DNA from: Planctomycetota bacterium
GTDB lineage: Bacteria; Planctomycetota; B15-G4; JADJEK01
Reading direction: 5' to 3'
Assembly (NCBI GenBank): GCA_016213895.1
Contig: JACQZJ010000058.1
Coordinates: 1 to 46,564, forward strand
DNA length: 46,564 nucleotides
This document shows positions 38,351-46,564 of the stretch, one piece after another. Under the pieces are notes generated by a model, which made no database searches, had not been told where the DNA came from, and saw only the letters and a program-made list of their open reading frames with translations. Numbering within the stretch: position 1 is the stretch's first letter; the number at the start of each line of letters is the position of its first letter. The position numbers and the translations under genes were made by a program.

Positions 38351-39751
38351 ATGTCCCGCCACACCCTGCTCTTCGCATCCGCGCTCGTTCTCGCCGCCCT
38401 CTCCGGCGCCGCCCTGGCCACCGAGACGGTTCGCGTCGCCACCTACAACATCCAGTCGGTCGGCTCAGGCACCGAGCTGACCGCCCTGACCAGCGTCATC
38501 AACCGGATGGCGGCCGACGTGGTGCTGCTGCAGGAGGTGCAGTCGAACGAGACCGCGCAGGTCGGCCCGCTGGCGAGCGCCTGCGGCTACCCGTGGTACG
38601 TGGTCGCCAACACCAGCGGGACCCTGAGCGGCGCCCTCAAGAACGCGGTGCTCTCCAGGTACCCGATCACCTCCTCGGTCTCCTGGTCCGCGGCCATGGC
38701 CAGCGGCGACCCGGCGGCCAACGACATCTGCCGGGACATCCTGCAGGCGGAGATCGCGGTCCCGGAAGCGTGCGAGCCGCTCGCGGTGTTCACGGTGCAC
38801 CTCAAGGCCTCAAGCTCGAGCACGGATAAGTTCCGGCGGGCCGTGGAGCTGATCCGGGTGCGCCAAGTCATCGAGGCCTACCTCCTGGCCCACCCGAGCG
38901 CCTGTGTCGTCTTCGGCGGGGACATGAACGAGGACATCGGCGACGGGCCCTTCGGCCAGACCTTCACCAGCCTGCCCGGCGGGCTGCCGGCCTCGTACCA
39001 GCTCGGCAGCGACATCTCGTTCCCGGTGCTGTACGACCCGTTCAACTACGTGACGACGATCGGCGGCCTCGGCCTGCTGCCGGTGGACGCGACCCAGGAG
39101 GACAGCCTCGCGTATGCGACGCGGGCCGCCTCGGGCCGGCGGCTCGACTACGTGTTCCAGCGCGCGAGCGTGCTGGCGCTGGGAGACGAGGTGTATGCCT
39201 CGCCCCAGGACAACGGCCTGGACGACGCGCCCCTCGGCTACTTCCTGAGGAAGGGCGGCGCGCCCCTCGCGTCCGGCGCGAGCGCACTGGCGTCGGATCA
39301 CTACTCGGTGTACGCCGACTTCCTGCTGGAGAGCTGCACCGGCGTGCGCTACGGCGGCGGCTACCCGGGCGACCACATGCTCATGCCGCGCGCGGGGATC
39401 GCCGGCACGGGCAGCATCGGCGACGCCCTCTTCGGCCTGCGCGGCCTGTACGCCGCGCCGAACGCCCCGTGTGTGCTGGTGCTCGGCAGGGCGCGCATGC
39501 TGCCGCCCACGGGCTATCCCCTCGATCCCTACGTGCCCGGCGCCTACCTGCACGTCCAGCTCGCGGGCATGATCGGCCTGTTCACGCTCTTCACGGACGC
39601 GGCCGGCGAGGTGATCCTCAACGTGCCCCTGCCGAACGACCCGGCCTTCATCGGCCAGATGGTGAACACGCAGTGGTTCATCTCCGACGTCAACGGTCCG
39701 AACGGCGTCGGCGCGATGACGGACGCCTACGAGCTGGCCATCCAGCCCTGA
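38351..39751 (+). CDS. Secreted endonuclease/exonuclease/phosphatase (EEP) family protein, paralog 1
   Basis: Signal peptide and EEP hallmarks: 'VATYNIQS', 'DVVLLQEV', 'FGGDMNED' and 'SDHYSV'. An extra C-terminal domain of about 150 aa is shared with paralog 2. Confidence 0.8.
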   Translation: MSRHTLLFASALVLAALSGAALATETVRVATYNIQSVGSGTELTALTSVINRMAADVVLLQEVQSNETAQVGPLASACGYPWYVVANTSGTLSGALKNAVLSRYPITSSVSWSAAMASGDPAANDICRDILQAEIAVPEACEPLAVFTVHLKASSSSTDKFRRAVELIRVRQVIEAYLLAHPSACVVFGGDMNEDIGDGPFGQTFTSLPGGLPASYQLGSDISFPVLYDPFNYVTTIGGLGLLPVDATQEDSLAYATRAASGRRLDYVFQRASVLALGDEVYASPQDNGLDDAPLGYFLRKGGAPLASGASALASDHYSVYADFLLESCTGVRYGGGYPGDHMLMPRAGIAGTGSIGDALFGLRGLYAAPNAPCVLVLGRARMLPPTGYPLDPYVPGAYLHVQLAGMIGLFTLFTDAAGEVILNVPLPNDPAFIGQMVNTQWFISDVNGPNGVGAMTDAYELAIQP

Positions 39752-39770
39752 GCCGCCGGAGCGAAACGCC

Positions 39771-41174
39771 ATGCGCCTGCCGCGTGCCGCCCTCGTCATC
39801 GCCGCACTTTTCGCCGTCGCGCCGCCGCTTGCCGCCACCGGCGCGCTCCGGGTCGCGACCTACAACGTCGAGGAGCTGAACTACGGCACCTCCGGCTTCA
39901 CCGCGCTGGTCAGCATCCTGAAGCGGGTCGATGCGGACGTCGTGCTGCTCCAGGAGGTCAAGACCTCCGAGGTGGCGCTCGCCGCCACGCTCGCCAACGC
40001 CGCGGGCTACGCGCACTACCAGGTGGCAAGCGTCAGCGGCACGCTGAGCGGCGACTTGCGCTGCGCGGTGCTGTCGCGCCACCCCATAGCCCAGGCGGTC
40101 TCTTGGTCGGCGGCCGCCATCAGCGGCGATCCGCAAGCCAACGACATCTGCCGCGACATCCTGCAGGTCGAGATCGACGCGGCCGAGGCGTGCGCTCCGG
40201 TCGCGGTCTTCACCTTCCACCTGAAGTCCGGTTCGACCACGACCGACGACTTCCGCCGCGCGGTGGAGATCCTGCGCCTGAAGGAGGTGGTCGAGAGCTA
40301 CGCCGCCTCCCACCCCTCCGCCACGTTCTTCCTCGGCGGGGACGCGAACGAGGACCTGGCCGACGGCCCCTTCGGCCAGACCTTCACCAGCCTGCCGGGC
40401 GGCCTGCCGCCCACGTACGACCTGGGAAACGACGTCTCCTTTCCGGTCGTGTACGACCCGTTCACCACGATCTCGTCGATCGGCGGCCTCGGCCTGCTGG
40501 CGGTCGACGCCACGCAGGAGGACTGCGCGACCTGCTACGCCACGCGTCCCAGCTCGGGCCGGCGGCTCGACTACGTCTGGAAGCGCTTCAGCACGACGCT
40601 GCTCGGCGACGAGGTCTACGCCTCGCCCGTGGACAACGGCGCAGACGAGGCGCCGCTCGGGAACTACTTGTACAAATGGGGCTCGCCCCTGGCGTCGAAC
40701 ACCTGCTCGCTGGCCTCGGATCACTACCCGGTGTTCACCGATTGCCTGCTGGAGAGCTGCGGCGGCACGCGCTACGGCGCCGGCTACCCCGGGGACCACA
40801 ACCTGACGCCGCGCGCCGGCATCACGGGCGGCATCTCCATCGGCGACGGCGGCTTCGGTCTGCGCGAGCTGTACGGCAAGCCGAACTCCCTGACGGTCCT
40901 GGTCCTGGGCCAGGCGCGCCTCTCGCCGCCCTACGGCTATCCGCTCGACCCCTACGTTCCGGGCGCCTGCCTGCATGTCTCGCTGGCCAGCATGTACGGC
41001 CTCTTCACCCTGTACACCGACGGCCAGGGCGATGCCCTGCTCTCCCTGCCCTTGCCGCCCAATCCGGCCTACATCGGCCTGCATCTCAACAGCCAGTGGT
41101 TCGTGAGCGACACGGCCGGGCCGAACGGCGTGGGCGCGATGACCGACGCGTACGAGGTCGTGCTGCAGGCGTGA
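39771..41174 (+). CDS. Secreted EEP family protein, paralog 2 (tandem duplicate)
   Basis: Same architecture and roughly 60% identity to the upstream gene: 'VATYNVEE', 'DVVLLQEV', 'LGGDANED', 'SDHYPV', with a shared C-terminal 'GYPLDPYVPGA...GPNGVGAMTDAYE'. Confidence 0.8.
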   Translation: MRLPRAALVIAALFAVAPPLAATGALRVATYNVEELNYGTSGFTALVSILKRVDADVVLLQEVKTSEVALAATLANAAGYAHYQVASVSGTLSGDLRCAVLSRHPIAQAVSWSAAAISGDPQANDICRDILQVEIDAAEACAPVAVFTFHLKSGSTTTDDFRRAVEILRLKEVVESYAASHPSATFFLGGDANEDLADGPFGQTFTSLPGGLPPTYDLGNDVSFPVVYDPFTTISSIGGLGLLAVDATQEDCATCYATRPSSGRRLDYVWKRFSTTLLGDEVYASPVDNGADEAPLGNYLYKWGSPLASNTCSLASDHYPVFTDCLLESCGGTRYGAGYPGDHNLTPRAGITGGISIGDGGFGLRELYGKPNSLTVLVLGQARLSPPYGYPLDPYVPGACLHVSLASMYGLFTLYTDGQGDALLSLPLPPNPAYIGLHLNSQWFVSDTAGPNGVGAMTDAYEVVLQA

Positions 41175-41251
41175 CGTGTCCGGCGCGCGACGCTGCAGCG
41201 CCGTGCCCGGAGCGTCCATCGGCGGCTCGCGCGGACTCTCGGCCGCGAAAG

Positions 41252-43786
41252 TCACCGGCCGGCGTGTTGCACCAAGTTCAGGAGCCGGCGATCGCAAGGA
41301 TTGACGCGGGAGCCCTCCCGGAAGATCTCGAGACCCGACCTCAAGTCACGGATCCCGGCGCCCGCGGCGTAACCGCGAAGCAGGTAGGTCTCCGAGAGCT
41401 GGAAGCGGGCGAGGGTCTCGGGATCGTGGTCGCCGCGCAGCCCCAGCCCTCGCGGATCGAGCGAGCGAATCATCCACGCGAGGTTCTGGCGCTCGAGCTG
41501 GCCCGGGGAGGCGATCCCCATCATCGCGGCGATGATGGAGAACTCGAGTCGGGGCCGCTCCCATGTGTTGACCGGCCCCGGCCCCGCCGCTGCGCGCAGC
41601 TGCTCGTTCCCGGCAACATACATGGAGGCCAGCACGTATGGATCGCCGATGTCGAGCAGCCGGTAGTCCGCAAAGGTGCGCAGGCCGAGCGCGAAACGAC
41701 GCGCGCGCTCCAGGTCGAGCACGAGCGGGGACCGACTGCCGGCGAACACGAGGTTCATCGGGCTGTGCCAGAACAGGCCCGCGTAGGTGAAGGCCTCGGT
41801 GAAGCTGCGTACGATCATCTGGAGCTCCGCCGGCGGCGTGTGCAGGACGATCCACTGCACCATGACGCCGCGGTCGGTCAGTCGCTCGCGACAGAGCTGG
41901 TAGTAGTCGCGCGAGAGCAGCCGGGCGTTGCCCGAGCAGGCCGGGTTGAGCTTCGAGTCGCAGCTGATGACGTCGTACCGCTCCCGCGAGGTCAGAAGGT
42001 GCTGGATACCGTCCCCGACGTGGAGAGTGACCCGCGGGTCCTGGAGTACGTTGTCGTGGAAGACCGAGAAGAACCGGGCTCCCTCGACCACGCCGGGAAC
42101 GATCTCGACGCAGGTCAACTGCCGGATCTCGTCGTACTGGGCGAGACTCCCCAGCGTGATCCCGGAACCGAGGCCGATCACCAGGACCGACTCCGCCTGC
42201 GGAACGAGCACCATCGGCAGGTGGGCGAGGATCTTCTCCTTCTGGAGGATGGTCCGGTTCGTGCCGCCGATCTCGTGCCCGTCGATCGCCATCTCGCGGT
42301 CTCCGCTGCGCTTCTCGTAGACGCGGGTCTCGGCGACCGAGTCCTCGCGCTCGAACAGCACGCGGTCCCTGGGCGACTGCGAGTCGGCGAGAATCGCCCC
42401 CCCGGAGCGCAGCGCGGCCGGCGCCGCGACCGCGATCGCGACCGCGACCGCGGCGGAAACCGCGACCGAGAGGGCGCGGCGCGGCCGGGTCCCGATCTGA
42501 GCGACGACCCCCAGCCCCGCGCTCCAGACCGAGCTGGCGAGGATCGCTCCCTTCACCCCGAGGGCGGGCAGGATGACGAAACCGGCGGCCAGGGCTCCCA
42601 GTATCGATCCGATGGTGTTCGCGAAGTACAGCCGCCCGACGCCCTCGCCGACGCCATCGATGCGGCGGATCCCGATCCGCGTGACGATCGGGAGCGTCAT
42701 GCCGAACAGGAACGTGGGCAACGCCATGACCCCGAACGCGACCAGGAAGCGCCGGCTCACGTACGTGGCCAGCCCGCACTGCGCGGGAGAGAGGAACGCC
42801 CCTTCCCTCAGGCGCGGCAGGACGTCCCAGATCACGGGGACGGTGGCCAGCACGAACAGCCCGATGCAAAGCTGCACCCACCCGAGCAGCCGTCCCGGCG
42901 AGACGACGCGATCGGCGAGACGACCTCCGACCCACCCCCCGGCCGACAGCCCGATCAGGAACGTCGTGAGCATCGCTCCATGCGCGTACGTGGAGTTGCC
43001 CAGGAACTGCTGAAGGGCCCGCGTCCAGTGGATCTCGAGACCGAGCGCGGCGAAGCCGCTCGCAGCGAAGATCGTCGCGAGCAGCGAACCCGCGATCTCG
43101 CTCGGCGAGGCGCACGGGCCGTCCACCGGGGCAGGCGCGGCGGCCGCGGGCGCGGGATCCGTGAGCGAGGACGGCCGAACCTGGCGCAGCGCCAGCACGG
43201 CGAGGCCGATCGCCAGGTTGAGCGCGACGGCCAGCGCGGTGCAGCGCGCGAGACCCAGCCACCCGATGAGCACGAAACCGGCGAGGAACGCGCCGGCAAC
43301 GGCTCCGGCCGTGTTCAGGGCGTACAGCAGGCCGAGCCCCCGGCCGAGCCGATCCATGCGGCGCACGAGGAACCGGCTGAGGGCCGGCAGCGTGCCGCCC
43401 ATGAGAAACGTCGGCGGAAAGACGGCGACGAACGCCACCAGGATCTTCCACGCGGGAGCGCCTGCCGGCGCCCATTGGACCAGACTCACGTAGATCGGTT
43501 TCAGGAGTGGCAGCAGGACGAGCACGAACGCGCCGAGCAGTCCGATGCCGAGCTCGAGGAGCCCGTAGAGAAGGAGCGGATCACGCACGCGGTCGGTCCG
43601 GCCCCCGAAGAAGCGGCTCCCGAACGCGAGCCCCCCCATGAATGCCGCCAGCACCGTGCTGATGGCGAACGTGGTCCCGCCGATGAGGTAGGAGAGGGCC
43701 CGGATCCAGACCAGCTGGTAGATCAGGCCGCTGACTCCGGACAGCGAGAACAGGACGAGAATCAGGACCAGGGCGACCCGAGGCAT
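41252..43786 (-). CDS. Fused polytopic membrane domain + spermidine-synthase-like (PABS) aminopropyl/methyltransferase
   Basis: About 12-14 TM helices in the first 450 aa, then a class-I methyltransferase/PABS fold ('VLVIGLGSGITLG', 'VEIVPGVVEGARFF', 'DVISCDS') and a C-terminal TPR-like tail. Confidence 0.75.
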   Translation of the reverse strand: MPRVALVLILVLFSLSGVSGLIYQLVWIRALSYLIGGTTFAISTVLAAFMGGLAFGSRFFGGRTDRVRDPLLLYGLLELGIGLLGAFVLVLLPLLKPIYVSLVQWAPAGAPAWKILVAFVAVFPPTFLMGGTLPALSRFLVRRMDRLGRGLGLLYALNTAGAVAGAFLAGFVLIGWLGLARCTALAVALNLAIGLAVLALRQVRPSSLTDPAPAAAAPAPVDGPCASPSEIAGSLLATIFAASGFAALGLEIHWTRALQQFLGNSTYAHGAMLTTFLIGLSAGGWVGGRLADRVVSPGRLLGWVQLCIGLFVLATVPVIWDVLPRLREGAFLSPAQCGLATYVSRRFLVAFGVMALPTFLFGMTLPIVTRIGIRRIDGVGEGVGRLYFANTIGSILGALAAGFVILPALGVKGAILASSVWSAGLGVVAQIGTRPRRALSVAVSAAVAVAIAVAAPAALRSGGAILADSQSPRDRVLFEREDSVAETRVYEKRSGDREMAIDGHEIGGTNRTILQKEKILAHLPMVLVPQAESVLVIGLGSGITLGSLAQYDEIRQLTCVEIVPGVVEGARFFSVFHDNVLQDPRVTLHVGDGIQHLLTSRERYDVISCDSKLNPACSGNARLLSRDYYQLCRERLTDRGVMVQWIVLHTPPAELQMIVRSFTEAFTYAGLFWHSPMNLVFAGSRSPLVLDLERARRFALGLRTFADYRLLDIGDPYVLASMYVAGNEQLRAAAGPGPVNTWERPRLEFSIIAAMMGIASPGQLERQNLAWMIRSLDPRGLGLRGDHDPETLARFQLSETYLLRGYAAGAGIRDLRSGLEIFREGSRVNPCDRRLLNLVQHAGR

Positions 43787-43989
43787 TGCATTGAAGAAGA
43801 GTAACCGAGTCGCCGTAGGCTGGCGAGAGGGTAGGACAAGGGTGCGTCAATGTCCCAAGGCGAGTCCCCGTCGCAGCTATTGGCGGCTTCCCGAGGAGGG
43901 GACATCGGGAAAGCCGCCGGGTGAACACTCGACGTGGCCCGCCGGCACCGCGCGAGCCAGGTTCACACCCACAGCGCCAGCAGTTCCTA

Positions 43990-44330
43990 TTCCAGAAGCG
44001 CCGCATAGCTCGGCGAGTCGCCCACCGGCCAGCCGTTGCCCGAGTAGTGGTGGCGGCACGGCGGCGCTCAGGCCGCGTACTCGTGCAACAACAGCGGCCG
44101 CACCGCCAGCTCGGGCGCTCTCTGCGGCACGGCTCGCGTGAACGCTTACGCATGCCGCACGGCCGCGACGGCGTCACCCTCGCGCCCACCGTGCCTCATC
44201 CACGCCCGCCGGAAGCACCGCCTCCGCCCGCAGCGAGCCACTCCCCGTTTCTCGCGCACGGAATGCACCGGGAGTCGCGCACCCGTCCCCGGAGCCAGGG
44301 AAACGGCTGCGACGCTCCCCCTCTCCCCTC
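43990..44330 (+). repeat. Copy B of the diverged repeated non-coding element (partner of 560-960)
   Basis: See copy A. It sits in the 565-bp gap between the start of the PABS-fusion gene and the ispH stop. Confidence 0.5.
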
Positions 44331-44351
44331 CTCCCACCCCTTTCCCGCCCC

Positions 44352-45188
44352 TCAACCCGCTGCCAACACCCGGATGCGCTCCACCACCGCCGCAATCAAC
44401 TCGTCCGGCGTCGACGCCCCAGCAGAAACCCCGACCGACTCGGCTTCCGCAAACCACTCCGGCCTGAGATCGGCCGCAGTCGCCACCTGGTGCGTCCTCT
44501 CGTTGATGGTCGCGCCGATGCTCGCCAGGCGCTTGGTGTTGGCGCTGGTGAAGGACCCGACGATGACCACCACGTCGTTCCTCTCGGCCAGCTCCCGGAT
44601 CTCCTCCTGGTTGCGCCGCGTCGGGAAGCAGATGGTGTTGACGAACCTCAGGTCGACGACCTTGCGGCACAGGACGTTCAGGATCGCGGCGACGTTTTCC
44701 AGCATCTGCGTCGACTGGGAGACAACCCCCACGCGGCGCATGCGCGGCAGCTCCTCGGCCTCGGCCGGGCTGCTCACCACGTGCGGCTGCTCCACCTGGC
44801 TGGCGATGCCCACCACCTCGTCGTGGCCGTGGTCGCCGATGATGACGATCGTGCGCCCCTCGTGCGCCAGCTCGCGCACCTCGGCATGGATCTTCGAGAC
44901 CAGCGGGCAGGTGCCGTCCAGGATCTCCAGGCTCTGGGCGCGCGCCGCCTCCCAGGTGTCGGCCGGCGTGCCGTGGGCGCGAAAGAGCACGGGCGCGCCC
45001 GCTGCTTCCTCCAGGCTCCGCACGACCTTCACCCCCGCGGCCGCGAGCTGCGCCACCACGACCTCGTTGTGCACGATGTCGCCGAGCATGTGCACCGCGC
45101 CGTGTTGCTCGGCGCTCTCCAAGGCCAGGTTCACCGCCTCGCGCACGCCAAAGCAGTATCCCGCGTGCTTCGCCAGCTCGATGCGCAT
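44352..45188 (-). CDS. ispH: 4-hydroxy-3-methylbut-2-enyl diphosphate reductase
   Basis: 'GYCFGVREAV', 'GDIVHNE', 'GTCPLVSKIH', 'IGDHGHDEV' and 'NTICFPTRRNQEE' include the three Fe-S cysteines of LytB/IspH. Confidence 0.9.
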   Translation of the reverse strand: MRIELAKHAGYCFGVREAVNLALESAEQHGAVHMLGDIVHNEVVVAQLAAAGVKVVRSLEEAAGAPVLFRAHGTPADTWEAARAQSLEILDGTCPLVSKIHAEVRELAHEGRTIVIIGDHGHDEVVGIASQVEQPHVVSSPAEAEELPRMRRVGVVSQSTQMLENVAAILNVLCRKVVDLRFVNTICFPTRRNQEEIRELAERNDVVVIVGSFTSANTKRLASIGATINERTHQVATAADLRPEWFAEAESVGVSAGASTPDELIAAVVERIRVLAAG

Positions 45189-45339
45189 GTCGTGTGTCGT
45201 GGATCTCCGCCGCGGCCAGAAGACTCATGCTAGCACGCCGGGCGGGCGGAGGGCGCGCATTCGGCCGGCTCCGCGACGTTCCGCGCGCGGCGGCCTGGTC
45301 TGAGGGAAGCGGCGGTAGAATCCGCGGCTGGAGGTCTCC

Positions 45340-46320
45340 GTGACGCGCCGCCAATCCTGGGTGGTTCAGCCCGAACACAAGAACCTGAGCCCGTATCGCT
45401 TCCTGTGCCGGGTGCTCGCGCACGTGCATCCCGCGCTGCTGAAGCAGGCGCTCATCGATGGCCAGGTCACGGTCGACGGCAGCGGCGACGCCCTGAACCG
45501 CCCGCTGCGGCCCGGCGCGTTCGTCGAGATCGCGCTCTCCGCCACGCTCATCCAGCGCGCGGCGGGCCGGCCGCGCGATCTCGCCGTGGCCTTGCTCTAC
45601 CAGGACGAGGCCGTGCTCGTGGTCGACAAGCCGGCCGGACTCGCGGTCGTTTCCGAGCGGCGCCGCGACCGGGAGACGGTGATCGACGTGCTCCCGGCCG
45701 CGGTCGCCGCGGATCCGGTGACCGGCGTACGGCCCAGGGTGGTGCACCGCCTGGACAAGCACACCAGCGGCGCGCTCCTCCTGGCGCGCAGCCGCGCGGC
45801 CAAGCAGGTTCTCACCCAGGCCTTCGTCGAGCGCAGGATCCGCAAGGAGTACCTCGCGCTCGTGCGCGGCGCCGTGAGCGAGGACGAGCAGGAGATCGAT
45901 GCGCCGATCGGCGCGGACCGCCGCCACGCCCTGCGCATGCGCGTGGACGCGGCGCGCGGCAAGGAGGCCGTCACGCGCCTCTTCGTCGAGCGCCGCTTCG
46001 ACGGCTACACGCTGCTGCGCGCCGAGCCCGTGACCGGCCGGACCCACCAGATCCGCGTGCACCTCGCGTACACAGGCTTCCCGGTCCTGGGCGACGCTCT
46101 CTACGGCGGACGGCCGCGGCTCCTCCTCTCCGACATCAAGCCCGGCTATCGCTCGAAGCCCGGCCGCGCGGAGAAGCCGCTGCTCGAGCGCCAGGCGCTG
46201 CACTGCCGCCTCGTCGAGTTCGACTCGCCCGCGACCGGCCGGCGCGAGGCCGTGGCCGCGCCCCTGGCGCGCGACTTCGAACTGCTCCTCAAGCAGCTCG
46301 AGCGCTATCGCCGCGGTTGA
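45340..46320 (+). CDS. RluA/RluD-family pseudouridine synthase with an N-terminal S4-like domain
   Basis: Catalytic-Asp motif 'HRLDKHTSG', 'GRTHQIRVHLA', and an S4-like N-terminus. GTG start. Confidence 0.8.
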   Translation: MTRRQSWVVQPEHKNLSPYRFLCRVLAHVHPALLKQALIDGQVTVDGSGDALNRPLRPGAFVEIALSATLIQRAAGRPRDLAVALLYQDEAVLVVDKPAGLAVVSERRRDRETVIDVLPAAVAADPVTGVRPRVVHRLDKHTSGALLLARSRAAKQVLTQAFVERRIRKEYLALVRGAVSEDEQEIDAPIGADRRHALRMRVDAARGKEAVTRLFVERRFDGYTLLRAEPVTGRTHQIRVHLAYTGFPVLGDALYGGRPRLLLSDIKPGYRSKPGRAEKPLLERQALHCRLVEFDSPATGRREAVAAPLARDFELLLKQLERYRRG

Positions 46321-46564
46321 CGCTGGCGCTCCTCCGCCCGCGCCGTCTCCGGCGCGCCCATGGGCGGCGCGCGCGGACTCTCGTCCGCGCACGCCCTCCT
46401 CGCTCTTCGGCCCAAGGAACAGCCCCGGTCGCGGTAGGGATGCGGGTTGCCCCGCACCCCCCGCACAGATCCCGGCGTGCGGCGCTACCGCACCGGGCTC
46501 TTGCCTCGGGTCAAGTAACGCGCAGGCGTTGGCTCGGCCACGGCTGGAGGATTCGGGCGGGTGG

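Noticed and set aside
43791-44350. ORFs 43791-44141(+), 44138-44467(+) and 43921-45303(+) in the ispH / PABS intergenic gap
   Set aside because: P/R/A-rich low-complexity translations. The region is instead explained by the non-coding repeat copy B. The third-position substitution pattern versus copy A is non-coding.
1-46564. CRISPR arrays and rRNA genes
   Set aside because: No short direct repeats with regular spacers were seen. No rRNA-like conserved stretches, and no cas-like genes.

Overview
This is a high-GC (about 70%) bacterial chromosomal window with dense coding on both strands. Many long R/P/A-rich ORFs on the opposite strand of real genes are GC artefacts and are not reported.

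Recognisable housekeeping genes:
- ribH-nusB-ftsY
- purD-fur
- galK
- ispH
- an RluA-family pseudouridine synthase
- five tRNAs: Arg-CCG, Arg-TCT, His, Arg-TCG and Lys-CTT

Accessory or unusual content:
- a frameshifted IS110-family transposase
- a GT4 glycosyltransferase, a highly repetitive lipoprotein and an RND pump in a row
- a four-gene, translationally coupled operon: hypothetical protein - hgcA - hgcB - GHL10/YngK-like lipoprotein. It carries the mercury-methylation pair HgcA (cap-helix motif INVWCAAGKG, C-terminal TM domain) and HgcB (two CxxCxxCxxxCP motifs plus a C-terminal CC).
- secreted proteins: FG-GAP repeat, NHL repeat, a metzincin with IPT domains, and tandem EEP-family paralogs
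- a two-component system
- a flotillin/NfeD pair
- a fused membrane-domain/spermidine-synthase protein

Two non-coding observations stand out:
- a diverged inverted pair (about 350-400 bp, roughly 75% identity) at about 560-960 and 43990-44330 brackets almost the whole window
- a low-GC intergenic patch at 33780-34030 contains nested inverted repeats and a GNRA-type hairpin

No CRISPR array or rRNA is present.
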